This document shows, piece by piece, positions 41,672-52,003 of a DNA stretch of 64,000 nt. This DNA comes from Spirochaetia bacterium. GTDB taxonomy: Bacteria; Spirochaetota; Spirochaetia; CAKZLE01. The first letter of the stretch is position 1. The number at the start of each line of letters is the position of its first letter. The notes under the pieces are model-generated. The model saw only the letters and a list, made by a program, of their open reading frames with translations, was not told where the DNA came from and made no database searches. Location: NCBI GenBank assembly GCA_963677595.1, contig OY782041.1, positions 96,001 through 160,000 on the forward strand, in the 5' to 3' direction. A program made the position numbers and the translations under genes.

Positions 41672-42814
41672 TCAGACCTCGCATGAGATACGCACAGCCT
41701 GCCCTTCATGGGTCATCTCATACTTCAGGGACAGGTCGCTGCGCTTTAAGTAGAGGAGTAAGCCGAATTGCGCATCCCCCTCCTCCATCCCAGCTTCCAT
41801 CCTCACAGTCAGGGGACCCTGCCGGTAGGAGAGGGAGAGTTCATGCTCCCCTGACCAGCTGCCCATACCGTACCGGAACACGGTCTTCGTCTTCAACTCG
41901 AATGGTCCCAGGGCGATCGCCGCGCGGGTGCTGTCCTCAAGCTTCTCCACACACTCAAGGATGTTCTCAGCCTCGAAACGGTAACACCAACGCTTCTCCA
42001 GGCTCAGGACTCCCGCCTCAGCCGTGATACCGGTGACATACTTCCGTTCATAGCCGCTCCGGAAGGCAGCCGGGTCGGGATGGGACACTCGCTCCTCCCA
42101 GCCTGCGGTGATTCCCAGGAAGGCACCTTCATATTCAGCCCTGAAGACCCTCCCCGACCAGAGGGAGTCCTCTTCTGTGGAGAATCCCGGGCTCACGAGC
42201 CGTTCGGCCAGAAGGAACGATACCGTCCCGACGGTGGGGGTAAAGGCCAGCTGCAGCAAGCCGGACGGCTTGTCGTAGTCAGAGTACCAACGAAGTACCC
42301 TGAGATCGAGGAGACCTTTCTCGACCCAGCCGGCCCCGAACAGCTGCTCCCGGGGAGATGGGGCAGCAGCCAGAAAGTCAAGCTGCGGCCCGATACAGCC
42401 GAAGGCCCCCGGGGAGCGTACCCCCTCCTCGCTGACCAGGGAGAGCCCGAGTTTAGAGGCTTTGCCTCCAAGCATGCATACCACAGCACGTGGATCATCT
42501 GCATCTGCAGGTTCAACCCGGATGCCCGGGTCCCTGAACAGGTCCGATAGAGAGATCGTATCAGGGTGGTGCCAGGTATGGCACAGCCCGCGGTAGACAG
42601 GCCTCCCGATCGTGAGGAACCCGTCGATGTCGAGGAGGACCTCCATGAGGACATCATCTTCCCATGAAATAGTCCCTGCAGCATGCTGCAGGGTCATCCC
42701 ATCGGTGATCCTGCCGTCCCCGATCGTCCTCTCCCAAGTCATGGTGGTCGCGCGGCTCTCCAGGGAGATGAGGAGCAGTCCGGCGATGAGTAGATAGCGG
42801 TAGTATTGCTTCAT
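41672..42814 (-). CDS. Hypothetical exported protein, possible outer-membrane beta-barrel
   Basis: Signal peptide; C-terminal half has alternating hydrophobic beta-strand-like segments. Confidence 0.55.
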   Translation of the reverse strand: MKQYYRYLLIAGLLLISLESRATTMTWERTIGDGRITDGMTLQHAAGTISWEDDVLMEVLLDIDGFLTIGRPVYRGLCHTWHHPDTISLSDLFRDPGIRVEPADADDPRAVVCMLGGKASKLGLSLVSEEGVRSPGAFGCIGPQLDFLAAAPSPREQLFGAGWVEKGLLDLRVLRWYSDYDKPSGLLQLAFTPTVGTVSFLLAERLVSPGFSTEEDSLWSGRVFRAEYEGAFLGITAGWEERVSHPDPAAFRSGYERKYVTGITAEAGVLSLEKRWCYRFEAENILECVEKLEDSTRAAIALGPFELKTKTVFRYGMGSWSGEHELSLSYRQGPLTVRMEAGMEEGDAQFGLLLYLKRSDLSLKYEMTHEGQAVRISCEV

Positions 42815-42955
42815 ACTCTATATAAACAGGATTACCTGAATTCTGATTCATCTATTGCCAGAATAATACCAACCTTCTTGCATAATCTTTCCGAAAGTGA
42901 AAAAATAGGTGAAACAATTTACAGATGTAAACATAGGGTTGGAGGTTTTTATATT

Positions 42956-44281
42956 ATGGTGATTCTCACATTGAACTGTGGAAGTTCCTCAGCAAAGTAC
43001 CAGCTGTACGATTGGGACGCGAAAGAGGTCCTCGCAGTAGGAGTCATAGAACGGATCGGCCAGGCCGTATCCACGATCGAGCACAAGGCGAAGGGAGAGA
43101 CCTACGAAGCGGAAGTCTCCTCCCCTACCCATAAAGAGGCGATCGAACTCATCATCTCGACCATCATCGATGAGAAGCTCGGAGTGATCAGCTCGGTAGA
43201 CGAGATCAAGGCCGTAGGCCACCGGGTCGTCCACGGCGGCGAGCAGTTCAAGGAGTCGGTCATCGTCACCGACGAGGTCCTGTCCGTCTTCGAGACCCTC
43301 GTACCGCTTGCCCCGCTCCATATGCCGGCAAACATCCTCGGGATCAGGGCTGCCCAGGAAGTCATCCCCGGGATCCCCCACTGTGCAGTCATGGATACCG
43401 CATGGCACCAGACCATGCCGAAACAGGCATACCTCTATGCGGTACCCTACGAATGGTACAAGGACAACAACGTACGTCGATACGGGTTCCACGGGACCAG
43501 TTATGTCTATACCGCGAAGCGGGCTTCAGTACTACTCGGCAAGGACCCGAAGGATACCAATGTCATCATCGCCCATATCGGGAACGGAGCTTCGATCTGT
43601 GCCGTGAAGAACGGAGTCTGTGTCGACACCTCCATGGGGCTCACCCCGCTCGAGGGCCTCATCATGGGAACCAGGTCAGGAGACCTCGACCCGGCGATCC
43701 TCCCTTATATGATGAACGCTACCGGCATGACCGCCTCTGAAGTGGACTCAGCCCTCAACAAGAAGAGTGGGGTCCTCGGGATCAGCGGGCAGTTCTCTGA
43801 CCGACGTGACATCAGGGATGCTGCTGCGGCAGGCGATGAGCGATGCCAGCTGGCGATCGACATGGAGTGCTACCGCCTGAAGAAGTATATCGGGGCATAC
43901 ATGGCAGCAGTCGGCAAGGTCGATGCCATCGTCTTCACCGCAGGTGTGGGCGAGATGGCTCCCCATATCAGGAAGGGCGTCCTGGAAGGCCTCGACCACC
44001 TGGGAGTCGTCTACGACCCGGAGAAGAACCAGCAGGCTACCTGCAGGAACACCGAGCTGGAGATCTCGGCAGATGGTTCACCGGTCAAGATCCTCATTAT
44101 ACCAACCGATGAGGAACTGGTCATGACCGAGGACACCTATGCACTGCTGCAGGGCACCTACGATGTCCATACGAACTTCACCTACTCCTTCCAGCACAAG
44201 GAGTATGAGAACAAGGCACGTTCGGCTGCCCTGGAGAAGGACCTCGAGAAACGACCCTACCTGAAGGACCTGATGGCCTAG
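42956..44281 (+). CDS. ackA: Acetate kinase
   Basis: [41 protein letters not shown]. Confidence 0.96.
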   Translation: MVILTLNCGSSSAKYQLYDWDAKEVLAVGVIERIGQAVSTIEHKAKGETYEAEVSSPTHKEAIELIISTIIDEKLGVISSVDEIKAVGHRVVHGGEQFKESVIVTDEVLSVFETLVPLAPLHMPANILGIRAAQEVIPGIPHCAVMDTAWHQTMPKQAYLYAVPYEWYKDNNVRRYGFHGTSYVYTAKRASVLLGKDPKDTNVIIAHIGNGASICAVKNGVCVDTSMGLTPLEGLIMGTRSGDLDPAILPYMMNATGMTASEVDSALNKKSGVLGISGQFSDRRDIRDAAAAGDERCQLAIDMECYRLKKYIGAYMAAVGKVDAIVFTAGVGEMAPHIRKGVLEGLDHLGVVYDPEKNQQATCRNTELEISADGSPVKILIIPTDEELVMTEDTYALLQGTYDVHTNFTYSFQHKEYENKARSAALEKDLEKRPYLKDLMA

Positions 44282-44306
44282 GCTGGCACTCCCCTGGTAT
44301 ACGAAC

Positions 44307-44353
44307 GAGGGGCTGCTGCAGGAGTCGTTACCCGACTCGTGCAGCAGCCCCTC
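44307..44353. terminator. Hairpin between convergent genes
   Basis: GAGGGGCTGCTGCA...TGCAGCAGCCCCTC. Confidence 0.65.
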
Positions 44354-44360
44354 TTCTGTG

Positions 44361-44930
44361 TCAGGGACAGCAGTCCTTCTTCGAGAAGAGTGCCCCTGCG
44401 CGTACTTCCCGGGCGGTCTCAGCCCCGACGAGGTACTCGATCACCGCGAACGCGAAGTCAGCGGCGAATCCCGGCCCCCTGCCGGTGATCAGGTTGCCGT
44501 CGATGATCACGGGCTCCTCCTGGGTGAAGGAGACACCGGGAGCGAAGGACTCAGCCCCGGGGTAGCAGGTTGCCTGCTTTCCTTCGAGGATCCCCGCCTT
44601 CCCCAAGACAGCAGCCGGTGCGGCACAGATCGCCGCGACGAGCTGCCCGCCGTTGATCATGGAGATGATCAGCTCATTGATCTCCCAGCTCGCTGCGAGG
44701 TTCGTTGCCCCGGGGAGTCCCCCGGGAAGGAGGATTCCGTCATAGGATGCGTCCTTCAGTCCTTCGATCGGGCCGTCAGGGATAACCGTCACTCCCCGTG
44801 ACCCGGTGATCGTATCATCACCGACGCCTGCGATGACGACCTCTATACCCGCCCGTCTCATCAGGTCGATCGGGACGATCGCCTCGATCTCCTCGAATCC
44901 GTCTGCCAGACATACCAGTACCTTTGCCAT
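44361..44930 (-). CDS. DJ-1/PfpI/YajL family protein
   Basis: GFEEIEA, LPGG, AAICAAP, ITGRGPG. Confidence 0.92.
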   Translation of the reverse strand: MAKVLVCLADGFEEIEAIVPIDLMRRAGIEVVIAGVGDDTITGSRGVTVIPDGPIEGLKDASYDGILLPGGLPGATNLAASWEINELIISMINGGQLVAAICAAPAAVLGKAGILEGKQATCYPGAESFAPGVSFTQEEPVIIDGNLITGRGPGFAADFAFAVIEYLVGAETAREVRAGALFSKKDCCP

Positions 44931-45982
44931 TACCTTGCCTCCCCTATCTTCTCATATGCATGCATGATGATCTCTTCCGTCTCCTCCCAGCTGATGCATG
45001 CATCGGTGATGGAGACCCCGTACTTCAGCTGTGCAGGATCCGCCGTGATCTGCTGGCTGCCGGAAAAGAGGTTGCTCTCAAGCATGAACCCCGATATAGA
45101 TGTATTGCCGCGGGAGATCTGGTCACTGACCGACCTCAGCACGCGGCGCTGGTTCTCATACTGCTTACGGGAGTTCGCGTGGCTGCAGTCGACGATGATC
45201 GAGGGCTTCAGCTCCATCGAGCTCATCATGGTCTCTGCCTCCTCGACATACTCCTCATAATAGTTCGGGCTGCTCGACCCGCCCCGGAGGATCAGGTGTC
45301 CCCGCTCGTTTCCGGTCGTCCTGATGATCGAGGAGTTCCCGTCGGCGTCGATCCCGATGAAGCTTGCCGGGCTTGCGGCGGACTTCACCGCATTGATCGC
45401 ATTGGTCAGGTTCCCGCTCGTGCTGTTCTTGAAGCCGACCGGGACCGAGAGGCCGCTGGCGAGGTTTCGGTGGGTCTGGCTCTCAGTGGTCCGTGCACCT
45501 ATCGCCGCCCAGCACACGATGTCATCGATATACTGCGGGACGATGGGGTCGAGCATCTCGCAGCCGACCGGCAGCCCGATCCTCGTGATATCGAGGAGCA
45601 GTTCCCGAGCAAGCTCGAGCCCGTGGGCGATGTCGTAGGTACCGTCAAGATGCGGGTCGAGGATGAGTCCCCTCCATCCGAGGATGGTCCTGGGTTTCTC
45701 GAAATAGGTCCTCATCACCAGAAGAATCCGGTCCTGGACGCGATCAGAGAGGGCCTTGAGCTTATGGGCATACGCGAGGGCAGCCTTCTTGTCATGGATG
45801 GAACAGGGTCCGGAGATTCCGAGGATCCGGCGGTCCTGCCTGGCAATGATCGCATTGATCTGTGCACGCTGCTCCAGGATGAACGCCTCTGCCTCACTGT
45901 CCACGGGCAGCCGCACATGCATCTGTGCCGGACTGATCAGTGGGGTGAATGACTCTATTCTGACATCTTTGATATTGCTCAT
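44930..45982 (-). CDS. Class I-alpha DAHP synthase (AroF/G/H type)
   Basis: GPCSIHD, YFEKPRT, IGARTTESQ, DCSHANS, SITDAC. Confidence 0.95.
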   Translation of the reverse strand: MSNIKDVRIESFTPLISPAQMHVRLPVDSEAEAFILEQRAQINAIIARQDRRILGISGPCSIHDKKAALAYAHKLKALSDRVQDRILLVMRTYFEKPRTILGWRGLILDPHLDGTYDIAHGLELARELLLDITRIGLPVGCEMLDPIVPQYIDDIVCWAAIGARTTESQTHRNLASGLSVPVGFKNSTSGNLTNAINAVKSAASPASFIGIDADGNSSIIRTTGNERGHLILRGGSSSPNYYEEYVEEAETMMSSMELKPSIIVDCSHANSRKQYENQRRVLRSVSDQISRGNTSISGFMLESNLFSGSQQITADPAQLKYGVSITDACISWEETEEIIMHAYEKIGEAR

Positions 45983-46047
45983 GATCGCTCTCCTTGCGAA
46001 CAGTTATACCATAAAGTGTCAAGAACAATCAAATAGTAGGATGCGTA

Positions 46048-46836
46048 TTAATCCACGATTTCGTCGGTTTCAAGCAGTCCTGCATGCATGCTGCCCTTCC
46101 TGCACACGTGGATATCCTGCCTGGCATCCAGCTCCCTGGCGACCCGCCCCTCGAGGAGGTCAGCCCGGTTGTTGGTGTCGGACATATGGCAGAGGTAGAC
46201 CCGTGACGGGCGGGAGTTCCCGGAGATACTCCCGATGAGGGAGAGGGCATCACTATTGGAGAGGTGGCCGTACACAGAGGCGATCCGCTGCTTCAGGTAG
46301 TAGGGGTACGGGCCGGTCACGAGCATCTGCTCCTCGTAGTTGGCCTCGAGAAAGAGGATATCGGTCCTGGCTATGAGGGACTTCATCGCTTCCGTGACCT
46401 GGCCCGAGTCGGTCAGGACCATGAGGGACCTGCCGCCGGCGGTCACATGGAAATTGATTGAGTGCGCTGCATCATGACTCGTCTCGTAGGGTTCAATCAG
46501 GAACGGCCCGAGCGTGAGACTCCGGCCGGGGGTCACCGGGACCGGTGGGATGGGGCACTTCCCGGGGATGACGGACTGGGGATGCGCATGGTGGAGGTAG
46601 ACGGGGATGCTGAGCTTCCGCATCAGGACGCCTACCCCCTTCATATGGTCCGAGTGGCTATGACTGACGAAGACGCCCCTGACCTTCTCGAGGTCAAGGC
46701 CCAGGGCATCAGCCCTCCGGGAGAGTTCCTTGAAGGTGAACCCGTTGTCTATGAGGAGAGCCTCCCCTTCATACTCGATGTAGTAGCAGTTAGCGGAGGA
46801 ACCGCTCCCGATGATGGCATAGGAGATCGTGCTCAT
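46048..46836 (-). CDS. MBL-fold metallo-hydrolase (YycJ/WalJ-like)
   Basis: SGSSAN, SHSHSDH, SHDA, EANY, GHLSN. Confidence 0.88.
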   Translation of the reverse strand: MSTISYAIIGSGSSANCYYIEYEGEALLIDNGFTFKELSRRADALGLDLEKVRGVFVSHSHSDHMKGVGVLMRKLSIPVYLHHAHPQSVIPGKCPIPPVPVTPGRSLTLGPFLIEPYETSHDAAHSINFHVTAGGRSLMVLTDSGQVTEAMKSLIARTDILFLEANYEEQMLVTGPYPYYLKQRIASVYGHLSNSDALSLIGSISGNSRPSRVYLCHMSDTNNRADLLEGRVARELDARQDIHVCRKGSMHAGLLETDEIVD

Positions 46837-47171
46837 GACTTGAGGGCATCCTCGAGCTCCTGGCTGTCGAACCCGAGCAGGACATGACGGTCCATCCGGA
46901 TGACCGGGGTGACCATGAGCTCGGGATGCTCCATGATCTCCTCCACCGCATCGTAATCGAGGTAGGCATAGCCCTGCTTCTTGTAGAACTTCGAGGCCGT
47001 GTCGATGAGCGCTTCGGCATCATGGTACTGCAGGATATGGGAGAGCTCCCCGGGGGAGAGTTCCCGCTCTTCGAGGTCTATCATCTGGTAGGGGATCGAC
47101 CGTTCCTTGCAGAACCTGACCGCCTTTCTCGTCTCTGAGGATTTCTTCGTACCTATGATCTGGAGCACCAT
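46833..47171 (-). CDS. ArsC/Spx-like family protein
   Basis: TRKAVRF...HPELMVTPVIR...GFD; lacks the redox Cys pair. Confidence 0.8.
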   Translation of the reverse strand: MVLQIIGTKKSSETRKAVRFCKERSIPYQMIDLEERELSPGELSHILQYHDAEALIDTASKFYKKQGYAYLDYDAVEEIMEHPELMVTPVIRMDRHVLLGFDSQELEDALKS

Positions 47172-47304
47172 ATTCCCTCTCCCGTGGGTTCACCCGTTTT
47201 AAAAAATACTGTAGTGTAGTCCCACTATATATGATACCATATGGTTTGTTCTAGAGCTCTCAACACAGAGTGAACGACAGTTTAATACCAAAGGAGCTAA
47301 GATC

Positions 47305-48690
47305 ATGCAGAGACGGATTGCACAGCTGGTGAATGCGGACCCGACCGACGAGACGTTGGAAGTCGAGGGCTGGGTGCGAACGAAACGTGATTCAAAGAAC
47401 TTCTGTTTCTTCGAACTGAACGACGGATCCTGCCTGAAGAACCTTCAGGTGATCCTTGACAAGACTACCTCAGAACTCTCCGAAGTCATAACCCATATTA
47501 CGACGGGGGCGAGCGTCACCTTCTCCGGGAGACTCGTGGAATCCCCGGGGAAAAACCAGAAAGTCGAGCTACAGGCTTCCGGGGTGGTCCTCCACGGAGA
47601 AGCCCCCGCGGATACCTACCCCCTGCAGAAGAAGCGGCACTCACTCGAGTTCCTTAGGGAGATCGCCCACCTGCGGCCGAGAACCAACACGATCAGCGCC
47701 GTTGCCCGGGTACGGAATGCCTTGAGCTATGCGATACACTCCTACTTCCAGGAGCAGGGGTTCATCTATGTCCATACCCCGATCATCTCCGCCTCCGACT
47801 GCGAGGGCGCAGGCGAGATGTTCCAGGTGACCACCCTTCCCCTGGATGGGATCCCCATAGAGGACGGGCTCATCGACTACTCCAAAGACTTCTTCGGGAA
47901 ACCGGCGAACCTCACGGTGAGCGGCCAGCTGGAAGCCGAGATCTACGCACTCGCGATGAAGAACGTCTACACCTTCGGACCTACCTTCCGTGCCGAGAAC
48001 TCGAACACTGCCCGTCACCTTGCCGAGTTCTGGATGATCGAGCCGGAGATGGCATTCTGCACCCTCGAAGGAGACATGGCTGTGGCTGAGGAGTTCCTCA
48101 AGTACATCTTCACCTATGTGCTCGACCATTGTGCCGAGGATATGGCGTTCTTCAACCAGTGGGTACAGAAGGGAGTCGCAGACTCGCTTCGAGAGGTGAT
48201 CGAGAAGCCGTTCGTCCACCTGACCTATACTGATGCGGTGAAGGAGCTGGAAGCAGCAAAAAAGGATTTCGAGTTCCCGATCTCCTGGGGGGCGGACCTC
48301 CAGTCGGAACATGAGAAGTACCTCACCGAGGAGGTCTGCAAGGCTCCTGTCATCGTGACCGACTACCCGAAGGAGATCAAGGCTTTCTACATGAAGCTCA
48401 ATGACGATGGGAAGACCGTACGTGCCATGGACGTCCTCGTACCGCGACTCGGTGAGATCATCGGGGGTAGTGAACGAGAGGCACGCTACGATGTGCTCCT
48501 GCAGCGCCTCGACGAGCTCGGGCTCGAGAAGAAGGACTACTGGTGGTACCTGGACCTGCGAAGGTACGGGTCGGTCCCGCATGCAGGCTTCGGGCTGGGC
48601 TTTGACCGGGTAGTCCAGTACGTCACCGGCATGCAGAACATCAGGGATGTCATCCCCTTCCCGAGGACTGTCCATAACGCTGAGTTCTAG
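47305..48690 (+). CDS. asnS: Asparagine--tRNA ligase
   Basis: [42 protein letters not shown]. Confidence 0.97.
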   Translation: MQRRIAQLVNADPTDETLEVEGWVRTKRDSKNFCFFELNDGSCLKNLQVILDKTTSELSEVITHITTGASVTFSGRLVESPGKNQKVELQASGVVLHGEAPADTYPLQKKRHSLEFLREIAHLRPRTNTISAVARVRNALSYAIHSYFQEQGFIYVHTPIISASDCEGAGEMFQVTTLPLDGIPIEDGLIDYSKDFFGKPANLTVSGQLEAEIYALAMKNVYTFGPTFRAENSNTARHLAEFWMIEPEMAFCTLEGDMAVAEEFLKYIFTYVLDHCAEDMAFFNQWVQKGVADSLREVIEKPFVHLTYTDAVKELEAAKKDFEFPISWGADLQSEHEKYLTEEVCKAPVIVTDYPKEIKAFYMKLNDDGKTVRAMDVLVPRLGEIIGGSEREARYDVLLQRLDELGLEKKDYWWYLDLRRYGSVPHAGFGLGFDRVVQYVTGMQNIRDVIPFPRTVHNAEF

Positions 48691-49135
48691 CATTGGACCT
48701 GCTGGCATAGCCCTGAAGGCGTGAGGTGCTCAGCTGGAACAGACTCTGGATCACAGTAATACGGTCATTGCAGATCTGCCCGCCCGTCTGGATATCGTTG
48801 ACCGGCGGGCTGCCGCAAAGGCTCTATGAGCCTTTGCCTCTCCTAACGAGAGATTCTCCTCTCTACCTCCGATTGAAGAGCTTGAAGACTCCCAATGTAA
48901 TGAAGCCGTATCACAACCGCCCCCCCCAACCTGCGGGGTGCATAATGAGCGTACCTATACCTCAATGTTAATATTTTTGCAGGATACTTTTCACTTGAGA
49001 ATCAGAAACAATTTCGCTGCCTTTCGGAGCTACTTTTCGCTCTCTTTGGGAAGAACCTTCTTTCATAGAGGTTCTTAACAGTTTTATAGCTTTACTACTG
49101 CGTACGATAATATCACGAGAAAAGTAGTATGACTG

Positions 49136-49390
49136 TAGTTGAGAAGTCATAGATGCTATCCTATTCTTGACGGAGAATGGGAACCGGTGATCGTGTAATA
49201 CGTTTTTGTGATGGATGCTGGACTGCCAGACATACCTCAAGAGAAAAGATACACTGACCGGTCATCGAAGACTACTTGGAGACTTCCCGGGGAATTCTCC
49301 CCGGGAATGATCTCAATAATAAAAATGAAGGACATCTACGCACTTCCTGTCATAAAGCTTCCCAACTATCCGTTAATTTAATTTTTGAGG
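49136..49390 (+). ncRNA. Candidate IS110 bridge/seek RNA in the left non-coding end
   Basis: Several hairpins downstream of the junction promoter; short segments matching target and donor. Confidence 0.5.
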
Positions 49391-49398
49391 AGGCTGCC

Positions 49399-50568
49399 AT
49401 GATAGACAGACCTTTACGATTGACGGCAACCAGGATCATCGGCTTGGATCTTTCCAAGAAGACTCTGGTTGGGTGTATGCTGCTAGAAGAAGAAGGGTTC
49501 ATGAAGAACCACTTCTTCGACGAGAAGATGAATGCTCAAGGACGTCAGCGACTCGCTGAACGGTTCAAAGCAGGAGATGCGATCTTCATGGAGGGAGGGA
49601 CCTCTTCCTTCAACCTCGCACGGTATCTGCTGAAGCACACCGAAGCAGACGTGTATGTACTCAACCCTATGAAACTGCATATCATCTTCGAGTCGATCTG
49701 CAAGTCAGATCGGCAAGATGCTGCAAAATTGGCTAAGTATGCACGGGATGCCCACCCTGAGAACTGGGTACTGGTTCCCATCCCGACTGAACAGGAATCT
49801 GCTGAGCGCTCAGTAGTCAAGCTTCACATCGCCTATTCTCAGTATCGTACGAAGGTCATCAACAAGCTTCATGCGGTATTCACAGGAATGGGGTTCCCTG
49901 ACCTGAAGAAATCGGATCTGAAGGATCCTCGCAAGCGACGGGACTGGGTGGAGACCCTGCTCGCCGAGGAGATAGCTCTATTCAGTGCAGGGCTCCTGCT
50001 CGAAGAGCTTGAATCATTGGAGTCGCAGATGGAACGTATTCATGAGAAGCTCAAGGAGATCATTCTCGCTCACCCACGAGAAGCCATAGCATGGCTCTCG
50101 ATCCCTGGTATCGGAGACATCACGGCTGTAACGCTCATTGCCTTCCTCGGTAATGGAGACCGATTCTCTTCTGCTAACCAACTGAGGAACTATATCGGTC
50201 TCATCCCGAAGAAGGATCAATCCGGGACGGTCGATAAGCAGCTTGGGGTCTCTCGTCACGGGTGTATGCCGATCAGGAGGCACATCATGCAGGGAGCTTG
50301 GGGTGTCAAAAAGTTCAGACATGATTGTTCTCTTACTCGGTACTGGCAGCGTCTTGAAAGCCGACGGAAGCTTGGTCAGAAAGCATCAGTTGCCATTGCT
50401 AATAAGATGCTCTCTATCGGATTCGCCCTGCTGAAGAACGGTGACATCTATCGGATGCCTGACGGGGAACAGTATCTGTTGAAGAAGCTGCATTACTATA
50501 AACTTGAAGCTCTCGTCGGAACCCGATCCTGGCAGATTAATTCCGATAAGAGCTCCATAACCAGCTAA
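49399..50568 (+). CDS. IS110-family DEDD recombinase/transposase
   Basis: IIGLDLSK, FMEGG, KSDRQDA (DEDD); SIPGIG...YIGLIPKKDQSG (Tnp_20 Ser). Confidence 0.93.
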   Translation: MIDRPLRLTATRIIGLDLSKKTLVGCMLLEEEGFMKNHFFDEKMNAQGRQRLAERFKAGDAIFMEGGTSSFNLARYLLKHTEADVYVLNPMKLHIIFESICKSDRQDAAKLAKYARDAHPENWVLVPIPTEQESAERSVVKLHIAYSQYRTKVINKLHAVFTGMGFPDLKKSDLKDPRKRRDWVETLLAEEIALFSAGLLLEELESLESQMERIHEKLKEIILAHPREAIAWLSIPGIGDITAVTLIAFLGNGDRFSSANQLRNYIGLIPKKDQSGTVDKQLGVSRHGCMPIRRHIMQGAWGVKKFRHDCSLTRYWQRLESRRKLGQKASVAIANKMLSIGFALLKNGDIYRMPDGEQYLLKKLHYYKLEALVGTRSWQINSDKSSITS

Positions 50569-51061
50569 AGCCTTCCTAACGGTTTTAGCCTATCACTAAC
50601 CACCTCCCCACGCAAGTCCTTATTCTTAAGGTCTCGGAGAATTGTGTCTATTTGAATTGCTAAAATTTTCTTGTTTATACCTCTTGACATCTACAGACAA
50701 ATAAATGATGTAGTTGCCATTGTTATACCTCCCATAAAAAGATCGTAATTAAAATATATGATAGCCATTGCATGGTGTCAATTGGATATTCGTTCTCCAA
50801 TAACACCGGTGTCTCGCAAGTTTCAGCACCACCGGGATCAGGGAGATTCCAGCACATGAACAGTACTCTTTGTTTCTTTTATATTGAGTTCTCACAGCAA
50901 TCAATTTACGTATGAGAATCTCAAAGAGTAACCAGGCTTCGGGCTGGGCTTCGACCGTGTCGTCCAGTACGTCACCGGCATGCAGAACATCAGGGACGTC
51001 ATCCCCTTCCCGAGGACTGTCCATAACGCTGAGTTCTAGTAGACGGCGGAGTCCAGTAAAT

Positions 51062-51283
51062 ATAACGAGAGGACAGCATGGGTATCTGGTTCCTCCTCTT
51101 CCTCTGCTGCCATCCCCTTCTCCCCGGACTGTTCGACCAGCCCGGTATCAATGATCACCTGGCAGCATCAGCCGCCAGGTTCCTTATTCTTCTTACCACC
51201 TGTGGGAGGGAAGCAGGCATCTCCTTTACCTCCTGACACCTGCCGTCCTCCCGTTCATGGACTTTCTAACCATTCCTATCCTT
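51062..51283 (-). ncRNA. Structured GGA-rich repeat, copy 1
   Basis: Three hairpins conserved across three copies with G-U and compensatory changes; 12 GGA motifs counted on the minus strand. Confidence 0.55.
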
Positions 51284-51934
51284 CTAGAGGGTGGTCAGCC
51301 CCATACGCAGTGCGTACTTGGTGAGTCCTGCGATCGAGTGCACATCCAGCTTGGACTGGATCTTCTTCCGGTGGACATCTACCGTGCTCACCGAGATGTC
51401 CAACTTGAAGGATATCTCCTTCGAGGTCATGCCCCGACTGAGGAACTGCAGAACCTCCCGTTCTCGCCGGGTGAGCGGGACCGTCGGGAACCTCTGATTC
51501 CCTGCTTTGTAGATCCGTTCTTCCGCGACGTAGGACGGCAGATACACCGCTCCCTCGAACTGCGCCAGCAGCGCCTGCTCGAACTCCTTGAACGATGCCT
51601 TCTCGAAGAGGAATCCGTTGATTCCATGATCATGGTACATGTCGATCATCATCTCATGATGCTCCTCAATGAGGATCATCGTGCGGATCGCGCACCCGGA
51701 GATGGGGCCGTCCTCCTTCCCCAGCAGCTTAAGAAACTGCTTACATCGTGATGCGGTCTCGAGGAGCGCTGAGGATATGATGATGATGGCAGACTGTACA
51801 TTGAGCTGGCTTTCAGCCAATGCATCCAGATCTTCATAGTAGGCGACAACCTGGAATTCTCCAGATTCTTTGATGAGCCTGAACAGCCCTTCACTAAGCA
51901 GTGACCTGCTCTTTATAAAGATAATGTTTTTCAT
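51284..51934 (-). CDS. LuxR-HTH regulator with degenerate receiver domain (copy 1)
   Basis: LTRREREVLQFLSRGMTSKEISFKLDISVSTVDVHRKKIQSKL; no DD or phospho-Asp. Confidence 0.88.
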   Translation of the reverse strand: MKNIIFIKSRSLLSEGLFRLIKESGEFQVVAYYEDLDALAESQLNVQSAIIIISSALLETASRCKQFLKLLGKEDGPISGCAIRTMILIEEHHEMMIDMYHDHGINGFLFEKASFKEFEQALLAQFEGAVYLPSYVAEERIYKAGNQRFPTVPLTRREREVLQFLSRGMTSKEISFKLDISVSTVDVHRKKIQSKLDVHSIAGLTKYALRMGLTTL

Positions 51935-52003
51935 ATTAGTATTAACCTTTTATTTGTTTGATTTGATTTAAAAATTCTGATCGAATCTTTGTTTTTTTAG
52001 GTT

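Larger units (their letters stand above)
49124..50705 (+). mobile_element. IS110-family insertion sequence, about 1.58 kb
   Basis: AAA core at both ends, 13/17 subterminal inverted repeats, circle-junction promoter TTGACA-17-TAGTAT, single recombinase. Confidence 0.85.
48968..50720 (-). pseudogene. Small 56-aa gene split by the IS110 element
   Basis: Removing the IS rejoins MATTSF (50720-50703) to SRDIIVRSSKAIKLL...SILQKY; GGGAGG RBS and TTGACA-17-TATATT promoter upstream. Confidence 0.7.
48584..51039. mobile_element. Relic integrative element in the asnS 3' end (107-bp direct repeats)
   Basis: 48584-48690 repeated at 50933-51039 with 4 synonymous differences; low-GC interior; no integrase left. 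Confidence 0.7.

Noticed and set aside
40075-41709. Long antisense ORFs (also 1702..3102, 44924..45952, 47641..48708 and others)
   Set aside because: They are shadow frames of GC-rich genes with no recognisable motifs
49183-49262. Box C/D (TIGR-like) k-turn in the IS left end
   Set aside because: GTGATCG and CTGA are present but the bulge geometry is non-canonical and there is no repeat array
49136-50693. Alternative IS boundaries with a TA core, suggested by RNA segments GACATCTA and CTTCCCAACTA
   Set aside because: They do not restore the interrupted ORF or give a well-spaced junction promoter; the segments are explained by the IRs and an intramolecular closing stem
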